A stretch of DNA of 63,628 nucleotides, counting the filler, from Jimgerdemannia flammicorona (taxonomy: Eukaryota), in assembly GCA_003990765.1 (NCBI GenBank). It is 2 parts of 2 records of this genome, joined end to end, with 100 filler letters (N's around TTAATTAATTAA, not from the genome) between each part and the next. Parts side by side here need not be neighbours in the genome. Positions count along the whole stretch, not along the records: positions 1 to 31,764 come from RBNJ01000380.1; 1 more part is not named here. One strand, given 5' to 3'. Within the stretch, counting starts at the first letter, position 1; every line of letters starts with the position of its first letter. This document shows positions 11,222 to 25,700 of this stretch, one piece after another. A program made the position numbers and the translations under genes. The notes beneath the pieces were generated by a model. It was not told the DNA's origin and did not search any database. It saw only the letters and a list, made by a program, of their open reading frames with translations.

Positions 11222-14200
11222 GGGTATGTCTAAACACTCAACTAATTTTTATAAATCATAATATTTAAGCCATCTGATTTTTATAGTTCTAAATGTTTTG
11301 ATTAGCATAACTTTGTTCTGAGTTATAGTAATTAGTAATTGATTATCAGTAATTTTATATCTATAAGCAGTTTTACATATTCTTTCTATCTATCTCTCAT
11401 CTATACTCTATCTTTATATTCTCTATATCCTCCTCTATTTATCCTCCCAATGACACTCTAATCTCAAATATTGACTGCTAGAAGTTCTTTGAAATAGAGA
11501 AGCCATTTAGTCTTCCTAAAGATAAATTTGAAAAAAATAAAGTAAAGTCAACAATATGTATCTGAGCTCAGCTGGATAATACCAAAATATTGAAGAAAGT
11601 TCCTCAAAGATAGACCAAGATCTACTACTACAGATTTAAAAAGCAATGAGATATAATTATCTTCTGAAGAGCTCTAGCTACTATTAGAGAAAAAAAAGAA
11701 AATCAAGCAAATATAATGTAGATCTCTGCCAAGCTCAGATAACTATTACACTCAAGTATAATATTATCATAGTTTACAAAATAACTTCTAGTGATCTCAA
11801 TTATACTTATGATCTTAGTACAAGTGATATTTGTAAAACATCAAGTATAATTATCAAGTTTGTTGAAGCCAAGACCTCCAAAGACTACTATATACCTGTT
11901 ATTCATAGAGTAACAATATAATAGTTTGAAGAGAAAGAGATAAATATTGGATTCTTAATAACAAAACAAATTCTCAATATATAATATAAGATTCATAGAG
12001 GATTGAATGTATCTTTTATTAGAAATAAGGATATATCTGAAGATTTGAAGATAATACTGAATTAGCTTATATCAAATAATTATTAAACAGAAGGTTTTGG
12101 CAACTCTGAATATCAAGAATTTACTTTTGTAAAAAAAATCAATATTCAAATTCTTCACAAAATAGTATACTTATTATCATAAACTCAATATATAAAACTA
12201 ACAAATATAGATAGAAACTCTATACCTTATTAATGTATAATATATTTAGTTCTTAACTATCTGGTGGACATTTTTTTTGTCAGTAGTAAAGAATATAGAA
12301 TTATTGCCCAAGGTTTTCAAATTCTCAAATGCTGAGCAAATATTTAAAAATTATGATATTTTCTTATTAATTAGTCTACTATTGAAGAAAATGCTATCAA
12401 AAATACTTTTCTTGAAATAATAGCTGGCAATCAAAATATAAATATATATTACTATTCCTAATATTGTCAGCAGATCTTAGAATAGCAACTTTCAAGTTAT
12501 GATAAGATATATGATCTAATACTTCAGGAAATATACAAGACTATATATATAGGATGTGAAAACTTAATTGACAAGACTATTGAGAAAGCACCACTTGATA
12601 ATAAAAAGACTTATATTCATTAATACTGGTATAACAATACAGAGAAATAGAGTATATAGAGCTGATAGTATTCTTTCTTCTTATTATAAATAACTTTGAT
12701 AAGCTCAGTTGAATCCTATCATACTAATATAAAACAAAAAGAAAATATAAGCTTTAGATTAATTGGTATATGTAGAATAGTTTATAAGATAAATAATAGA
12801 TATTTTTATTATATACAAATTATAGAACAAAATTTTATATAAAGAAGTTAATATCAGAGGCATCAATATACTCATTCATCATTAAATTTCTACACTCAAT
12901 TTAACTTCTTCTTATCAGAGAGATTAATGCATTCCATGAACATATTATGAAGAGAAAACTGATTTCTGAATACCAAGTAGCAGAATATAATTACCAGTTT
13001 TTCTACAAGTATATGCTATTATATCAACATCTCTTTCACTATAATCTCTCTAGCAATTTCTTGATAGACAATCATTGGCAATCCTTTCAGAATATGTTTG
13101 ATGAGTCTGGAATAGATATTAATGTAAGTTATATATATGAGCAGATAAAAATACAAGAGAATCTACAGCAGGTAGAAGCAGAGAAGTGATGGATGAAATT
13201 TTATATAATAATAGAATAAGTCTGAGAGTATTGATTTGAGGTTGAGAGTAGATGGCAAAATGGAACCATTGAGGTTGAAGTTCTTAAAGATATTATTTAG
13301 CAAATTCATAATATTATAATGAATTGTATTCTATAGTAAAGTGTTTTTTTGTTATATATTTTTAAGTTATATATATAAAAACAATATAATAAATTTAGTA
13401 TATAAGTATAATTATAAAGTTACTTATGGCCAAATTCAGGGCAGATTAGTCACTAATAAATCTGCCACTACTTCCTCATACTAACTACTGATCTCTATTT
13501 TTAAGATTCAGTACTATCAGCCACTTCATCAGCTCTAACTCCTCCACTACTACTATCATTATGGTCATCTCTATGACTGCAACTAATATATCTACATCTA
13601 GGTCTATTATAGTCAGTAATTTCTATATCACTGGTATAGTTGTCTTAGTTATCTTAATCAATATGACTATCATAGTGGAGAACTCAATCATCATAGCAGC
13701 TAGACTGCTCTTGCTCTATGTGGGTGGTTGTGAGAGTAGGGGCTATATGACAGTACTCTGTCAGGAATACTGAGATCTCTAGCAGTCTTGAGCCAAGTGA
13801 TCTTGTTCTTGCTAGAGTTAGTGTAGAGAATCAGTAATATTTTTTTAAGAATAAGAACTTTAACCAAATGTTCTCTGACTACTGAGAATGATGAGAAAAA
13901 AAGTAGCAGAATGTTGATATTATGTAGTGAGTCAATGTAGAATTATTTATTATAGACATTATGATTACTTTGCTCTCACTTTTTCTACTTCACTAAGCTC
14001 TAATTCACTTCTATTTAACATCTTCTCTCTATAAAAACTCTATATCTAATGACATAATTAGAAGTACATATACTCACATTCTCTCTTTGGCTTAAATATC
14101 CTCATAGCAATATACTTAAATATCAGAGGTGGGTACAGTAATTAAAATTTCTTCTCCTTATTTATATGTTATTTATTTTTAGTTATACAATAAATAAATC

Positions 14201-15086
14201 ACTAAGTAGTAGTATATATATATGTATGTACTATGGAGGCATTGGTGTCCTCAGATAGAAAGAATATAAGATTATTATGAGTTACAATATAGTAACTAGG
14301 TGAAGAAGCTAGAGCTTGCATTTCTAGTGGAAGAATTGGTTAATTGATATACTTTATCATTACTAGTTCTCCATTCTCCACTAACCCCTCCTCCTCTCTC
14401 CTCTCCCTATCATCCAAATATATAAGAAAAATAACAGAATTTAAGAAACTCTAATTATTAGTTTCATCCACAATATATACTCTAGACTGATGTATAATCA
14501 AGTTAACCATCTTTATTATTTCCACTGACCTCTCAAACTCAACTACTTTATCTATCTTTGATACTACTTTTATCTATATCTGTTCTGCTTCTATACTTAC
14601 TGATATATATCTTAGAGATAGTATAGAGGATGAGTTCTGGGATACCAGGTCTGATGATATCATACTTATAAAAGACAATATAGACAATTTCATTACTAGA
14701 ACCCTGGACTGCACCTCAATAGATGTCTCTCAGCAGAGGTCTCTGCATGAGCCTCAGCAAAGACTTCAGCAGAGTCCTCAGTAAGAGTCTGTTCTGACTC
14801 AGAGTTCGGATTTAGCCATAGCTCTGAGTACTAATAGAAGTGAGAGCTTTGGGGGTCTGTATTTAGTATGAATAATGATGTAGAGGTAGATGTGTAGAGA
14901 CTAAGGAGATTTCAGAAGTCAGAGTAATGAGTGACTAGATGGAAGATGGGTTGGGAGACCTCTTCTGTGCCTGAGTTACTAGGATAGAAGTATATAAGGA
15001 TAATTATATTAATACCTACATATGGTGAGTTATGCTAACAAAAACATTTAGAACTATAAAAATTGATTGAGTATTTAGATATACTC
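11222..15086 (+). mobile_element. Mutator/MULE DNA transposon (~3.9 kb)
   Basis: Long TIRs 11222-11312 and 15028-15086 (GGGTATGTCTAAACACTCAACTAATTTTT / AAAAATTGATTGAGTATTTAGATATACTC). 8-10-bp TSD, CCAAATATAG versus CTAAATATAG. The empty-site sequence is visible in the related LTR at ~44245-44265. Confidence 0.85.
11450..13300 (+). pseudogene. MULE transposase with SWIM zinc finger (degenerate)
   Basis: With transitions mentally reverted: DSTHKTNKYGWKLYTL, YFLIDQSAIEENAI, YCxWH, SSVESYH, and SWIM CNCQFFxKYMLPCQHLFH (ORF track 12947-13189). Boundaries approximate. Confidence 0.75.
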
Positions 15087-18000
15087 TAAATATAGTATAG
15101 TCTTACAAATAGTAGTTATTTTACAAATGTTAAAGTTTTGACAAATGTTAACATTTTCACAAATATTGAGATTTTATAGATATTAAAGATCTAACAGATG
15201 TCAAGAATTAATACTTATACAAAGTAACTTACAAGAAATATAGTCATAACTTAGCTACCTTATAGCTAGCAAACTTATATAAATATCTCCAGTATCTAGA
15301 GTAAATAAACCTCAGGTCAAAAGTATTTGAGCCTCACTCTGGTAGTCTGAAAATGAGATCAGACAGATACTACTGGTAACTCTGAGAAGTCAAGAAAAGT
15401 TATAGAAATCTACTGCATTTCTCTAATTATATACCCACTATATTATAATTTAGTACCTATTGACTAGTAATTTAAGATGAATCCCTCACTTTCAAGCTAA
15501 ACAATAAACAACTGCTATCACCCAAACAACTATACAAATTAAACTAAGATATCTAGACAAGATAGATATAAGACTACCAGTATTTTATAAATATACTTCA
15601 GATGAATTAATTATTATCTTTATTGATGATTTTGAGCAATATGTTGCTATAAGAACCCTGATAGCAAGGTAGCAAGTAGCTCTCATGCTCTTTAGTCTCT
15701 GAGGCCCAGCAAGAGCAGCATTCACAGCTATAATCTATATGGGAAATAATAATAATGCTGTACTGACAGCATAGAAGACCTGGCTTAGAGCTATCTACTA
15801 TATAGATAAGATCAAAAAAGCTCTGAAGAATCAGCTCAATATAATATACTAAGAAATAAGTAAGAATTCAAATACATTTTATACCAGAATTTGATATTAG
15901 GTAATTCTTGCAGATTATAATACTAATATCTAAGATCAAGTAGCCAAGACAACCTTTATAAAGAGAGTCTACTCAGAAATAGTTATGGTCATCCACTCAT
16001 CATTAGTACTTGGACCTAGTATAGAAGGTCACCTATGTCCAGCAATACTGAATAGCCAGATATCTACAAGACTATACAATAGAAAGAGTCAAATCAAAAC
16101 ACTCAAAGCAACTAGTATAATCTCTATCATAGTGATCAATCAAAACACACCTCAACAAAGAGCTACTGAGCAGTAAAGAAATAGTGACTCTATGGAGGAA
16201 CTAGCTAAGAAGTTAGCTGAAATAACTACTCACTTAGAAGATATGGTAAAGGAAATCAGAGGAAGAGATTGTTATCTAGTTCAGAAGTTTGTCACTATCT
16301 CAGATAAGAAGAGAGGTACCTACTGTACTTGTGGAGAAGAAGGCTATTACTCATATGAATATATGAGTGATATCAAGTATAAGATATAGCCAAGTAATAT
16401 TATTTAGAATAGAGAATAGTATCTTTGAAGAAATTAGAGAATTTGATAAAGAAGAATGAGAGACCTACTCTGTATAGACCATCAAAAAGGATGTTTATAA
16501 GGAACTCTACAAGAGACTACTAGAGAGACCCAAGAAGAACCCAGTAGAGAAATAGATAGAAACTGCTATAGAGAGCCAAGCTGAAGAAATAGATCAAGAT
16601 ATAGAGCTTGAGTAAGTAGTTTAAGATATTATCTGAGAAACTACTCTAGTCTTAGCCAGTGAAGGAGAAAAGAAAAAGAAGCTTTATAAAACTAAGATCT
16701 TCAAGTATGATATCTTCAAGGACCTTAGCCAACAAAAGGTCAATGCAACCTTTGGCTAGCTAGCAGAAATCTCCACATTTAGACAGCAAATGAGATATGG
16801 ACTTGCTGAGACAACTAAGGAGTAAGATTGGAAGATAACTGAGGCTAACAATATTCAAAAAGACTCAGGAGAAGAAAGTGAAGATAACTACAAGATCTCT
16901 ACCTATGTAATCTGTCAAATTGAGAATAGAATCTTTAAGGCCATCATTGATACTGAAGCAGGAGGATGCCTCTTCAGCAAGAAAGCAACAGACTGCCTAG
17001 GTTGGGAGATTGAAGAAGCAACCAAGTTAGTATTTGTTACAGCAGATAGAATAAGAGCCACATCTCTGAAAAAGATCCAAGATGTTCCTATTAAGTTTGT
17101 AGAAATAACTATCTTAGTAGATATCATTATAATTAATACAACTAACTATAATATCCTTATCAGCAACCAATGGCTTCATAAAGCCAGAGTAATAATTGAC
17201 CTGAATGCTCAGAAGATGCAGATTATCTAAGAACAGAAGATACAAATTTCTGTCAATATCAATAAAGGAGTACTCACTGAAATAAAGAAAGAAGAAAGTA
17301 AGCAAGATGAGACTTATATAGTAACTATTCAGAAAAAGAAGAAGAAAGTTGGATAGATCAGTGAAGAAGACTGATATATATAAGAGAATTATTAAAGAAT
17401 ATACACTATAAGAAGTCTGCTCCTATAGAATTAAGATATACTATATAGAGCATGTCAATGATTGCTACTAGTATACTAGTGGAATCAAGAAGATTTATCA
17501 TAAAAGAAGACAGAAGGCCCTTGGGAAACAGACAAGAGAAGAGAAGGAGGAGAAAGAGGATAATGAACCACCAGCTCTTCTAGAAGACAGTAATGATAAA
17601 GAGAAGATCAAGGTTAATATTTGGAAAGTTCACCCTAATGTAGTCCTACATACCAGAATACAAGTCAGAGAATATAGCTAGAATAGATATTACTATAGTA
17701 GAAGAAGCTGTACTCAAGTTCCAGACAACTATCCTACTTACAACTAGTCTAGAGATAACTATTCCAAAAGACTATATCAGAATTCTCAAGACAAAAAGTA
17801 GTCTAGCCAAGAGTGAGATTACTATCAAAGAAGGAGTCATCAATTTGAATTATATCAGAGAAATACTGCTCATTGTCAGGAATCACAATTCTACAATTCC
17901 ATTTCTAATCAAGAAGAAGAACTAACTAGTGCAGATATTAATCTTCTCAGTTCTTTAGCCAAAGATTATAGAAGTTAAGAAGTTGGAGGAAATAGAGAGA

Positions 18001-18778
18001 GAAAGGAAGAAATTCAGATCTATAGAAAGAAGAGTATTTGCCAGTACCAAAATCACTGAACTGGACTACAAGAAGGAGGAAACTACAAATAAGTATAGCT
18101 ATACTATTGGAAATAAATTTCAACTCAAGAAAGAACTCAAGAAGATACTCTATGAATTCAAAAATGTTCTGATCACAGATTTCAAGAACATCAAAGGAAA
18201 GATCTCACACTACTATTGTGATATAGATATAGAGAATACTGAACCAATCTACTAAAAAGCAAGACCAATTCTACTAGTCTACTGTAAATAGCTCAGAGAA
18301 AAAATTAAGCAGATAGAAGAAGCTGGTATTATCAAAGAAACCAGCAGTCCTTAGGCTTTACTAGTTATACTAGCTCTGAAGAAAGGAAGCAAACTAGGAG
18401 AATTTGCCCTAAGGCTCTATATCAATTATAGAAAACTTAATATAGCTACTAAGAAGAATTATCAACTACTGCCTCTCATTAGTAACATTATTATGATCTT
18501 GGGAGATGAAGTACAGTATTATAGTACTTTGGATTTATACACAGAATTCTATCAAATCAGTCTCACAGAAACAACAAGTGAGAAGTCAGTCTTTATCACT
18601 CTGGATGGAATCTATGTCTACTTATGAATATTATTCAGAATATATAATATACCAGTAAGCTTCCAGCAAATGATAAATAAAATCTTCCACTATGATATAG
18701 AAAGATAGATAATGGTTTATATAGATGATATTATCATCTACAGTAAAATAGCTAAAGAATATCTATAGCATATCACTG

Positions 18779-19677
18779 ATGGGGCACATCACATCAGTAT
18801 TCATTGGCAGGGAGATGAGAGAGGAAGACCTTGGGGTCCAGCAATGTAGAGATAGGACCAGGTGTTGCTGGGGAGTACTCTTCTTGGTGACTTTGATATT
18901 AGTAATGGGGTTGAATGCCAGAGGGGGTTGGAGCAGGATCTGTGGCCCAGCAGATAGCAGTTAGTGGGTGTTGGTGAAGAGTGAGACTGACAGAATCTGG
19001 AACTGGAGTACTGAAATTTGGCAATGGTTGCTATCAAAGTATTGGATAGTCTGGTGGTACATATTATGAAGGAATATCATACTCAATTTTCACTCTGGCC
19101 ACCTGGTGGAAGGGGGAACTCTTGACTGTGAGGAGTACTATAATGTTAGACAGGAAGGGGGTTTTGTATAGATATCTGAACATTGGCTAGGGGAGTATAA
19201 GGTGCTCAGTAACTTCTAGATAGCAATTGAAAAGAGATTGGGTATCATGTGGAGGGGAGATAATATGAGGGGTCATTGGGAGGATTTGCAGGATAGACTG
19301 GTGGGAGGAGTTGGGAAGGAATGGCTCACTTTAGAGTGGGTGCTGACTGTATGAGTAGGGCTGGCAGAACACTGGCTATATGTGTTTGAGGATGAGAAAT
19401 ATCTGGACTAGAGGAATGATTGTTATGATAGGAAGGACTGATAGAGGATACTCTGATGGGTTGGTGGCATGGGTGGAGACTGTAGAGTGGTCAGCAGTGT
19501 TATTTGATAGAGAAGATATACAGACAGAGTGGGGGAAGAGTGGGAGTTGTGGGAGATAGAGTGATTTTTAAGTATAAAGGGGTGGAGGGAGGGGGGGATT
19601 CCTCTATGAGAATTAGATAGTAGGAGGAGATAATGTAAATGTATGTATAGACTGTAATAAATGGCTAAGTCTGAGTG

Positions 19678-19726
<49 letters not shown>
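18779..19726 (+). mobile_element. 5'-truncated L1/Tx1-like LINE 3' end with poly(A) tail
   Basis: Homologous to 8475-8912 (EHWLGEY; DRLVGGVGKEWLTL). A44 run at 19683-19726. Confidence 0.9.
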
Positions 19727-19731
<5 letters not shown>

Positions 19732-22700
19732 TAAAGCAAAATGTTCAGAATTTTGAGAACTTTATCTTCATTACTATTATCAAGACTAGAGGTTGGGATA
19801 TCTTTGAAGGAGATAAGATCAGTAAATGTTTCTGTAAGCATCACATCTATTTTGCATTTTGCATATATATATTAATTAGCAGGATGATGTTATCACTAAT
19901 GATGTCATTATATTTAGTAATGGTAAGAGGAGTAAGGAGATTAGAGGCTCTCCAATCTATGACATTTTTCTTCACAAAGTAGGGGATAAAGATGGAATCT
20001 TGAGAGAGTCTAATCTGGATACTGGGGTCTTAGAATATTGATCTAGATTATTCTAGAGAATGAGATTCTAGAACTCTTCTATTTATCACTTTTGAGAGTA
20101 ATGATAAATTGGACTTCTGTGGCCACCATGGCCTCTAGTATATATATCTATATAGTGAGCTAATAATTTCTTGAAGTTTGAGACTCTAGTATACTTTAAG
20201 TTGGAGATTGATCAAAGTACATATCTAAAGACCTGATGGATCTTTTTGACTACTTTCAATTTATATATATCTATAGAGGTATTATTTTGTATCTCTTAGA
20301 GGCTGATCTGAGAGAATTCCCAGTAGAGGTTTCTTATTTCATATATATTTCTGCCACATCCAGAGGCATTCAGTAGTAGTAGTAATCCTTGTCTCTATTT
20401 CATAATGGTAGAGAGTAAAGTGGTAAGGGTCATCAGTACCCAGATTGAGACTAGGAATCCTTCTAGTATAGGTTCTTATGACTCTTCTGATGTCTTGGAA
20501 CATCCTTTCTTGGACTGAGAAGTCTTGGTAGTTTCTTGACCTTACAGTTTGGCAAGTAGTAGGCATTTTATTTATAGTTAGTTTTTCAAACTATTTCAGG
20601 ATTTTGTAAGTCTTGTTTGAGTTACTACTATTGCAGTTTCCTGGTCTTTCTTTTATATTCCTTAAGATATATATCTTGTAGTTATCATGATTCATAATTG
20701 GTCATTATTACTCATCTTATAGCCTAGATAAGTCATACTATATAATCTCTAATCTAGTAACTTATAAGAAAAGACTGTCTCCTGTGATAATATCACTATT
20801 CTGAGATCACTATTACATATTCCTCCTGAATAAGGATCTTCTCTTGAATATCCTTATTCATTGATCTAGTTTGAAAAATTTTCTAATCTTATAACCTCTG
20901 ATAGGGGGTCAAAAAGTAGTATTTATAGACTGGTATCTTCCTTATGTATTTTGGCATAATGGTAAAGAGTAGCTCTCTTTATATAGAGCAAGGGCCTGAT
21001 TCTAATCTTGATTAATCAATTGATGATTTAAACTTCTCTGACTTCAAAAGTCTTATAGATGAGTAGTTACTAGTACCATATCTCTTATAAAATAGTCCAG
21101 ACAGATTGCCTACTAGTTACAAGATATGCTGTTATAATTTACAAACTAGAACCTTATGAGTGGTTATTATATTTTACTTCTCTTATATAGGTTCATGGTA
21201 CTTCTTGAGTTTGTTTCTATATACCATAGTAGGCAGTATAGTCCCTGAGAGTTTTTTAAGCCAGAAGATAGTTCTCTTGATATCTTGTACATAAAAGGGT
21301 CCTTTTCATTTGGGCTCCAGTTTTCATGACCATAAGGTTTCTACTATATTTGATATAGTAGAATATTTTCTCCAATTTGAATAGGTTTTAGGGTCTTGTG
21401 ATTCTTTTCTGCATTCTTTCTTATTAGTACTTGTGACTTGATGATGTAATCTTCTGCCTTCTTTCTGATTTAGTATAGTCTCCAGATTTCTGAGTCAATC
21501 TGTTACTAAGTTAGGTAGCTGAGATTCCATCAGAATCTTCTTCTCTAAAGAGCAGTTCTCTTAGAGTAAAGTATGTACTTTATAATCATATGTCTTATAA
21601 GATAGAGAGGACAGTTGGAAGGTAGTTATCTCAATTCTCATATGTGTCTGAGATCTTAGCCAAGATGTTCTTAAGGGTCTTGTTTATTCTTTCTCTCTGT
21701 CTATTTTCTTGAGAGTAATATATAATAGTCTTAATATGCTGAATCTTGTATTTCTAATATATTATCTCATAAAATCTGTTGACAAATTCTGTACCATAGT
21801 CTGTGGTGATTTGTCTTGGTATCTTGTAGTGACAGATGATTTCTCAGTACAGGAAGTTAGCAATAGAGAGAGTATTGGCTTCTTGTAATGCTCCTACTTC
21901 TATCTATTTGGTAAAGAGATCTATAATAACTATAATATAGTAGTTTCCTGATAAAGTTACTGATAGTAATTTAATGATATTTATTGTGATGTGGTGGAAG
22001 GAGATAGATTCAATTCTTGATAATCTAGATACCTGGTCTTACTGATCTTATTTCTGTTTTTAGCACTTATTACATCCTTTGACAAATTAGTACAAGTCTT
22101 CTTCCATCTTAGGCCACCATATAGTTCTTTTTGTCTTGTTATATATATTGATTTCTTCTAGGTATCCTTGTTTATGTACTTTCTTCATTACTTGATACTT
22201 CTTATATTTGAGTATGATGAGCTTTCCTTCTTTTCTGAGTATGGTGTTATTTAGTTCAAATTGTTTCTAAGTCTAGTTGATGATAGTGATAGTCCAGAGT
22301 TTGAGATAGTTGGACATCTTCTACTGCCCAAGGTAGCTGATTAATTTATAGTATAGCTTCTTATTCATATTGAATAGTCTTGATGAGGGTATTTTGGGAT
22401 ATTCTTGAAAGTATATCAGCATTAGCATTAGTTCTTTCTGAGTGGTATTTGATAGTACAGTTATACTCTTATAGTCTGTAGATCTATGTATCTGATATAT
22501 ATTCCTTTGGGGTTCAGAGTGTGAAATAGCTAGGTGAGAGCAGAATGGTCTGTTTGAATAGTAAAGTATTTCCTAGCTAGATAGTAGTGGAACTTATCTA
22601 CTGTCCAGACTACTGCTAACCATTCAAGCTTGTATGACTTATAGTTTTGTTCTGCTCTATAGATACCTCAGCTTATATAAGAGATGATATATTTATATCT

Positions 22701-25700
22701 ATCTTTCTTATGAGCTAGTACTGCTCCAAGTCATATAGTACTTGCATCTATCTATATGATAAACTCTAGGTTCCAATCTGGTCTTTTAAGGATGAGTGCT
22801 TGGGTCAATCTGGTCTTGAGTTTATTGAAGGTTTCTTGATATTTCTTGTTCTATTTGAATTTGATCTTCTTCTTCAGTAGCTCATAGATAGATGTTGTAA
22901 TATTGGAGTATCTTTTGATAAATCTTCTATAGTAAGAGACTAGTCTAAGAAAGGTATGAACTTCTATAGTTGTTTTGGATCTTGGGTAGACTGTGATAGC
23001 CTCAATATTTATAGGATATGTATGAATTCTAGTCTAATTGATAATGTGTCCTAGGTAGGTATTTTCTTGAGCTACAAACTTATACTTTTTGAACTTAATG
23101 TAGAGGTCATACTCCTTGAGCCTCTTGAGGACTAGTTGTATATAGTTGACATATTTCTATATAGTATTGCTAAAGATGATTATATTATCAACATAGATAA
23201 AGAGTCATTTTCTAATTTCATTACTGAAGACTCTATTCATTATTTGCTAAAAATCTTACTAGGGTATTACATATTCTAAATAGTATTTGTAGGTAGATAT
23301 AAGTGGTATTAGATATGATGAAGGCTAATTTCTCACTGATATCTTTAGTGAGACTAATCTGATGGAAGCCTGAGAACAGATCCAAGGTGGTGTAGTATTT
23401 GGCTTTGCTTCTAAGGGTGGTAAGAATTTCTTGAATATTTGGCAAAGGCTGTCTATCCTTTTTGGTAATTGTATTGAGCTTTCTGTAATCAATACAGAGT
23501 CTTGGGGCAAACTCTCCAGGCTTACTTCTTTTCTTTAGAGTAAGGACAATGGGTGAAGTCCAAGAGTTGATAGCTTATTTGATGATACTAGCTTCTTCTA
23601 TTTCCTTGAGTTCTGCTCACAGTCATTCTCTGTAGGCAGATGGTATGGGTCTGGCTTTCTGATAGATGGACTTAGTATCACTAGTATCAACTTTGTGGTA
23701 GTACTTGGGTTCTTGATTGTGGATGTCACTGAAGTCTATAGTGAGTACTTCTTTATTCTAATATAGGATCTTGAGAAGTTGTTCTTCTAGGGAAAACTTT
23801 TCTCCAATGATATATATATACTTTTTCTAGTTTTTGTCTTTCTTGTACTCTAGTTTAGTAATCTTGATAACAGTATAAGCTCCTCTTTTAGTAGATTTAA
23901 AGTTTTGTTCTTCTTTCTTAGTCTTGATAAGTTCAATGGCTTCAGTAATCTTAGGCTTCTTAACTTTATGGATCAGTATCTGACCAATTCTGTCATACTT
24001 CTTAACTTCAAATGGGGTAGTAGAGTTGTAATTTCTAACTATAAAAAAGATCTCACCAGTGTAATTAGAATCAATGACTTCTTTTTCAACTGAGATTTTG
24101 CTCTTAGCCAGACTGCTCCTGGTCTTGATAATTCTAGTATGGTTCTCTAGTAACTTAACTCTAATTCCAGTACTAAGTAGAGTAGTGGTCTGTGGTTCAA
24201 GGATAGTATCTTGGATGCTGACAAGGTCCATTCCTATAGCTCCTTCAGTCTTATATTCTAGGATCTTGGCTTCTTCTTAACCTTAAGAGTAATGTCTGGT
24301 TCTTATTCCTCTTTATCATTACTATTAGCTGAAGCTCTAGGGGCTGATCATCTTCTTTGGCTTTCTTTTTTGCTTCAGCTACTTCTTGCTTATGCCTTTA
24401 TTGACAGATCTTTCTAACTTCACTAATATAGGACCAGTAGTCATTTAGATGTTCAGAGTAGTATATTCTAGCACTATAGAGGCATCTTCCTTAAGGAGTA
24501 TAGCTATTGATGATCTTGTTATACCACTGCTCATCTGTGAGCTTAGTTGTCTTGCTCTTATTTTTATATATCAAGTATATGAAGACTTCTGTATTTTCTT
24601 CATCTCCTTCCTCTATATCTGGTAGTACTTCTTTGTGGACATTAATAGAGACTCATATCTTTCTTCCTCTATAGTTGATTTATATCTTCTGAGCATTGAG
24701 ATCAATGATAGTCTTAGCCTTATAAAGCCATTGATTATTAATGAGGATATTATAGTTGGTGGTACTCATAATGATTATACATATCTACTGGGATGGTAGC
24801 TCCTCTAATCTTGATAGAGACTTCTCAGATCTTGCCTAGGGGAGTAGCTCATATACTATCTACTGTGACATAGACTATTTTGGTAGATTCTTTAATATCT
24901 CAGCTTAGGTAGTTAATTGTCTTCTTTCTTATGAGATATCCTCCAGCACTAGTATCAATAATAGCATCAAAGATACAATCTTCAATCTGATATTGGATAT
25001 AGGCTGAGGTCTTGTACTGATCTTCAGATTCTTTACCTAAGTCTTCTTGTTCATCTTCTTATGCATTGTGAGCTTCTATGATCTTGTACTCTTAGTTCTT
25101 AATAGTGGTTATAAGTCTTGCTCTCAACTGCTGTCTGAAGGCAAAGACTTCTGCTAGTTGTCCAAAAGTAGTATTGATATTCTATTTCTTAAGGTCCTTA
25201 TAGATATCATACTGGTAGACCTTGGTCCTATACAGCTTCTATTCTTTCTTACTTTCACTTTTACCTGAGACTGGAGTAATGTCTTCAATAATTTGGCAGA
25301 CAGCTTTATCTAACTCTATGTCTTGATCAATTACCTCAGATTGGGTCTTACTTTGAATAGTAATGATTGGAGTCTTTTTTGATCTTCTAACTAGCTTACT
25401 GTTGCTCTTTTTATTATAGGGCTTGGACTGAGTTGTGGTATATATCTTCAGTAACAGAGTAGAATTCAGACTCCTTATAGTATTTTTTATTATCAGTATT
25501 ACCAATCTCCTCAATAACTACTATATTGGTTTGTTCTCTAGTTCTAGTAACATCACTTAGTTAGGCTCTATACCTTGTTTTAGTTATATAATTCTTTATA
25601 TAGTGGCCTTCTTCTCTATATTTGAAGTATATATATGATAGTATATTCCTCTATAGTAGCTACAAACTTCTACACTAGTCTCTTGTTGGCACTTCATACT

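Larger units (their letters stand above)
11140..18778 (+). mobile_element. Ty3/gypsy element G2 (short 5' LTR interrupted by a MULE; gag-PR-dUTPase-RT), truncated in RT
   Basis: LTR pieces at 11140-11221 and 15087-15447, PBS at ~15448-15472. Gag knuckle CTCGEEGYYSYEY, protease IIDTEAGGC, dUTPase (EGVINLNYIREILLIVRNHN) and RT up to VYIDDIIIYS. Confidence 0.85.
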
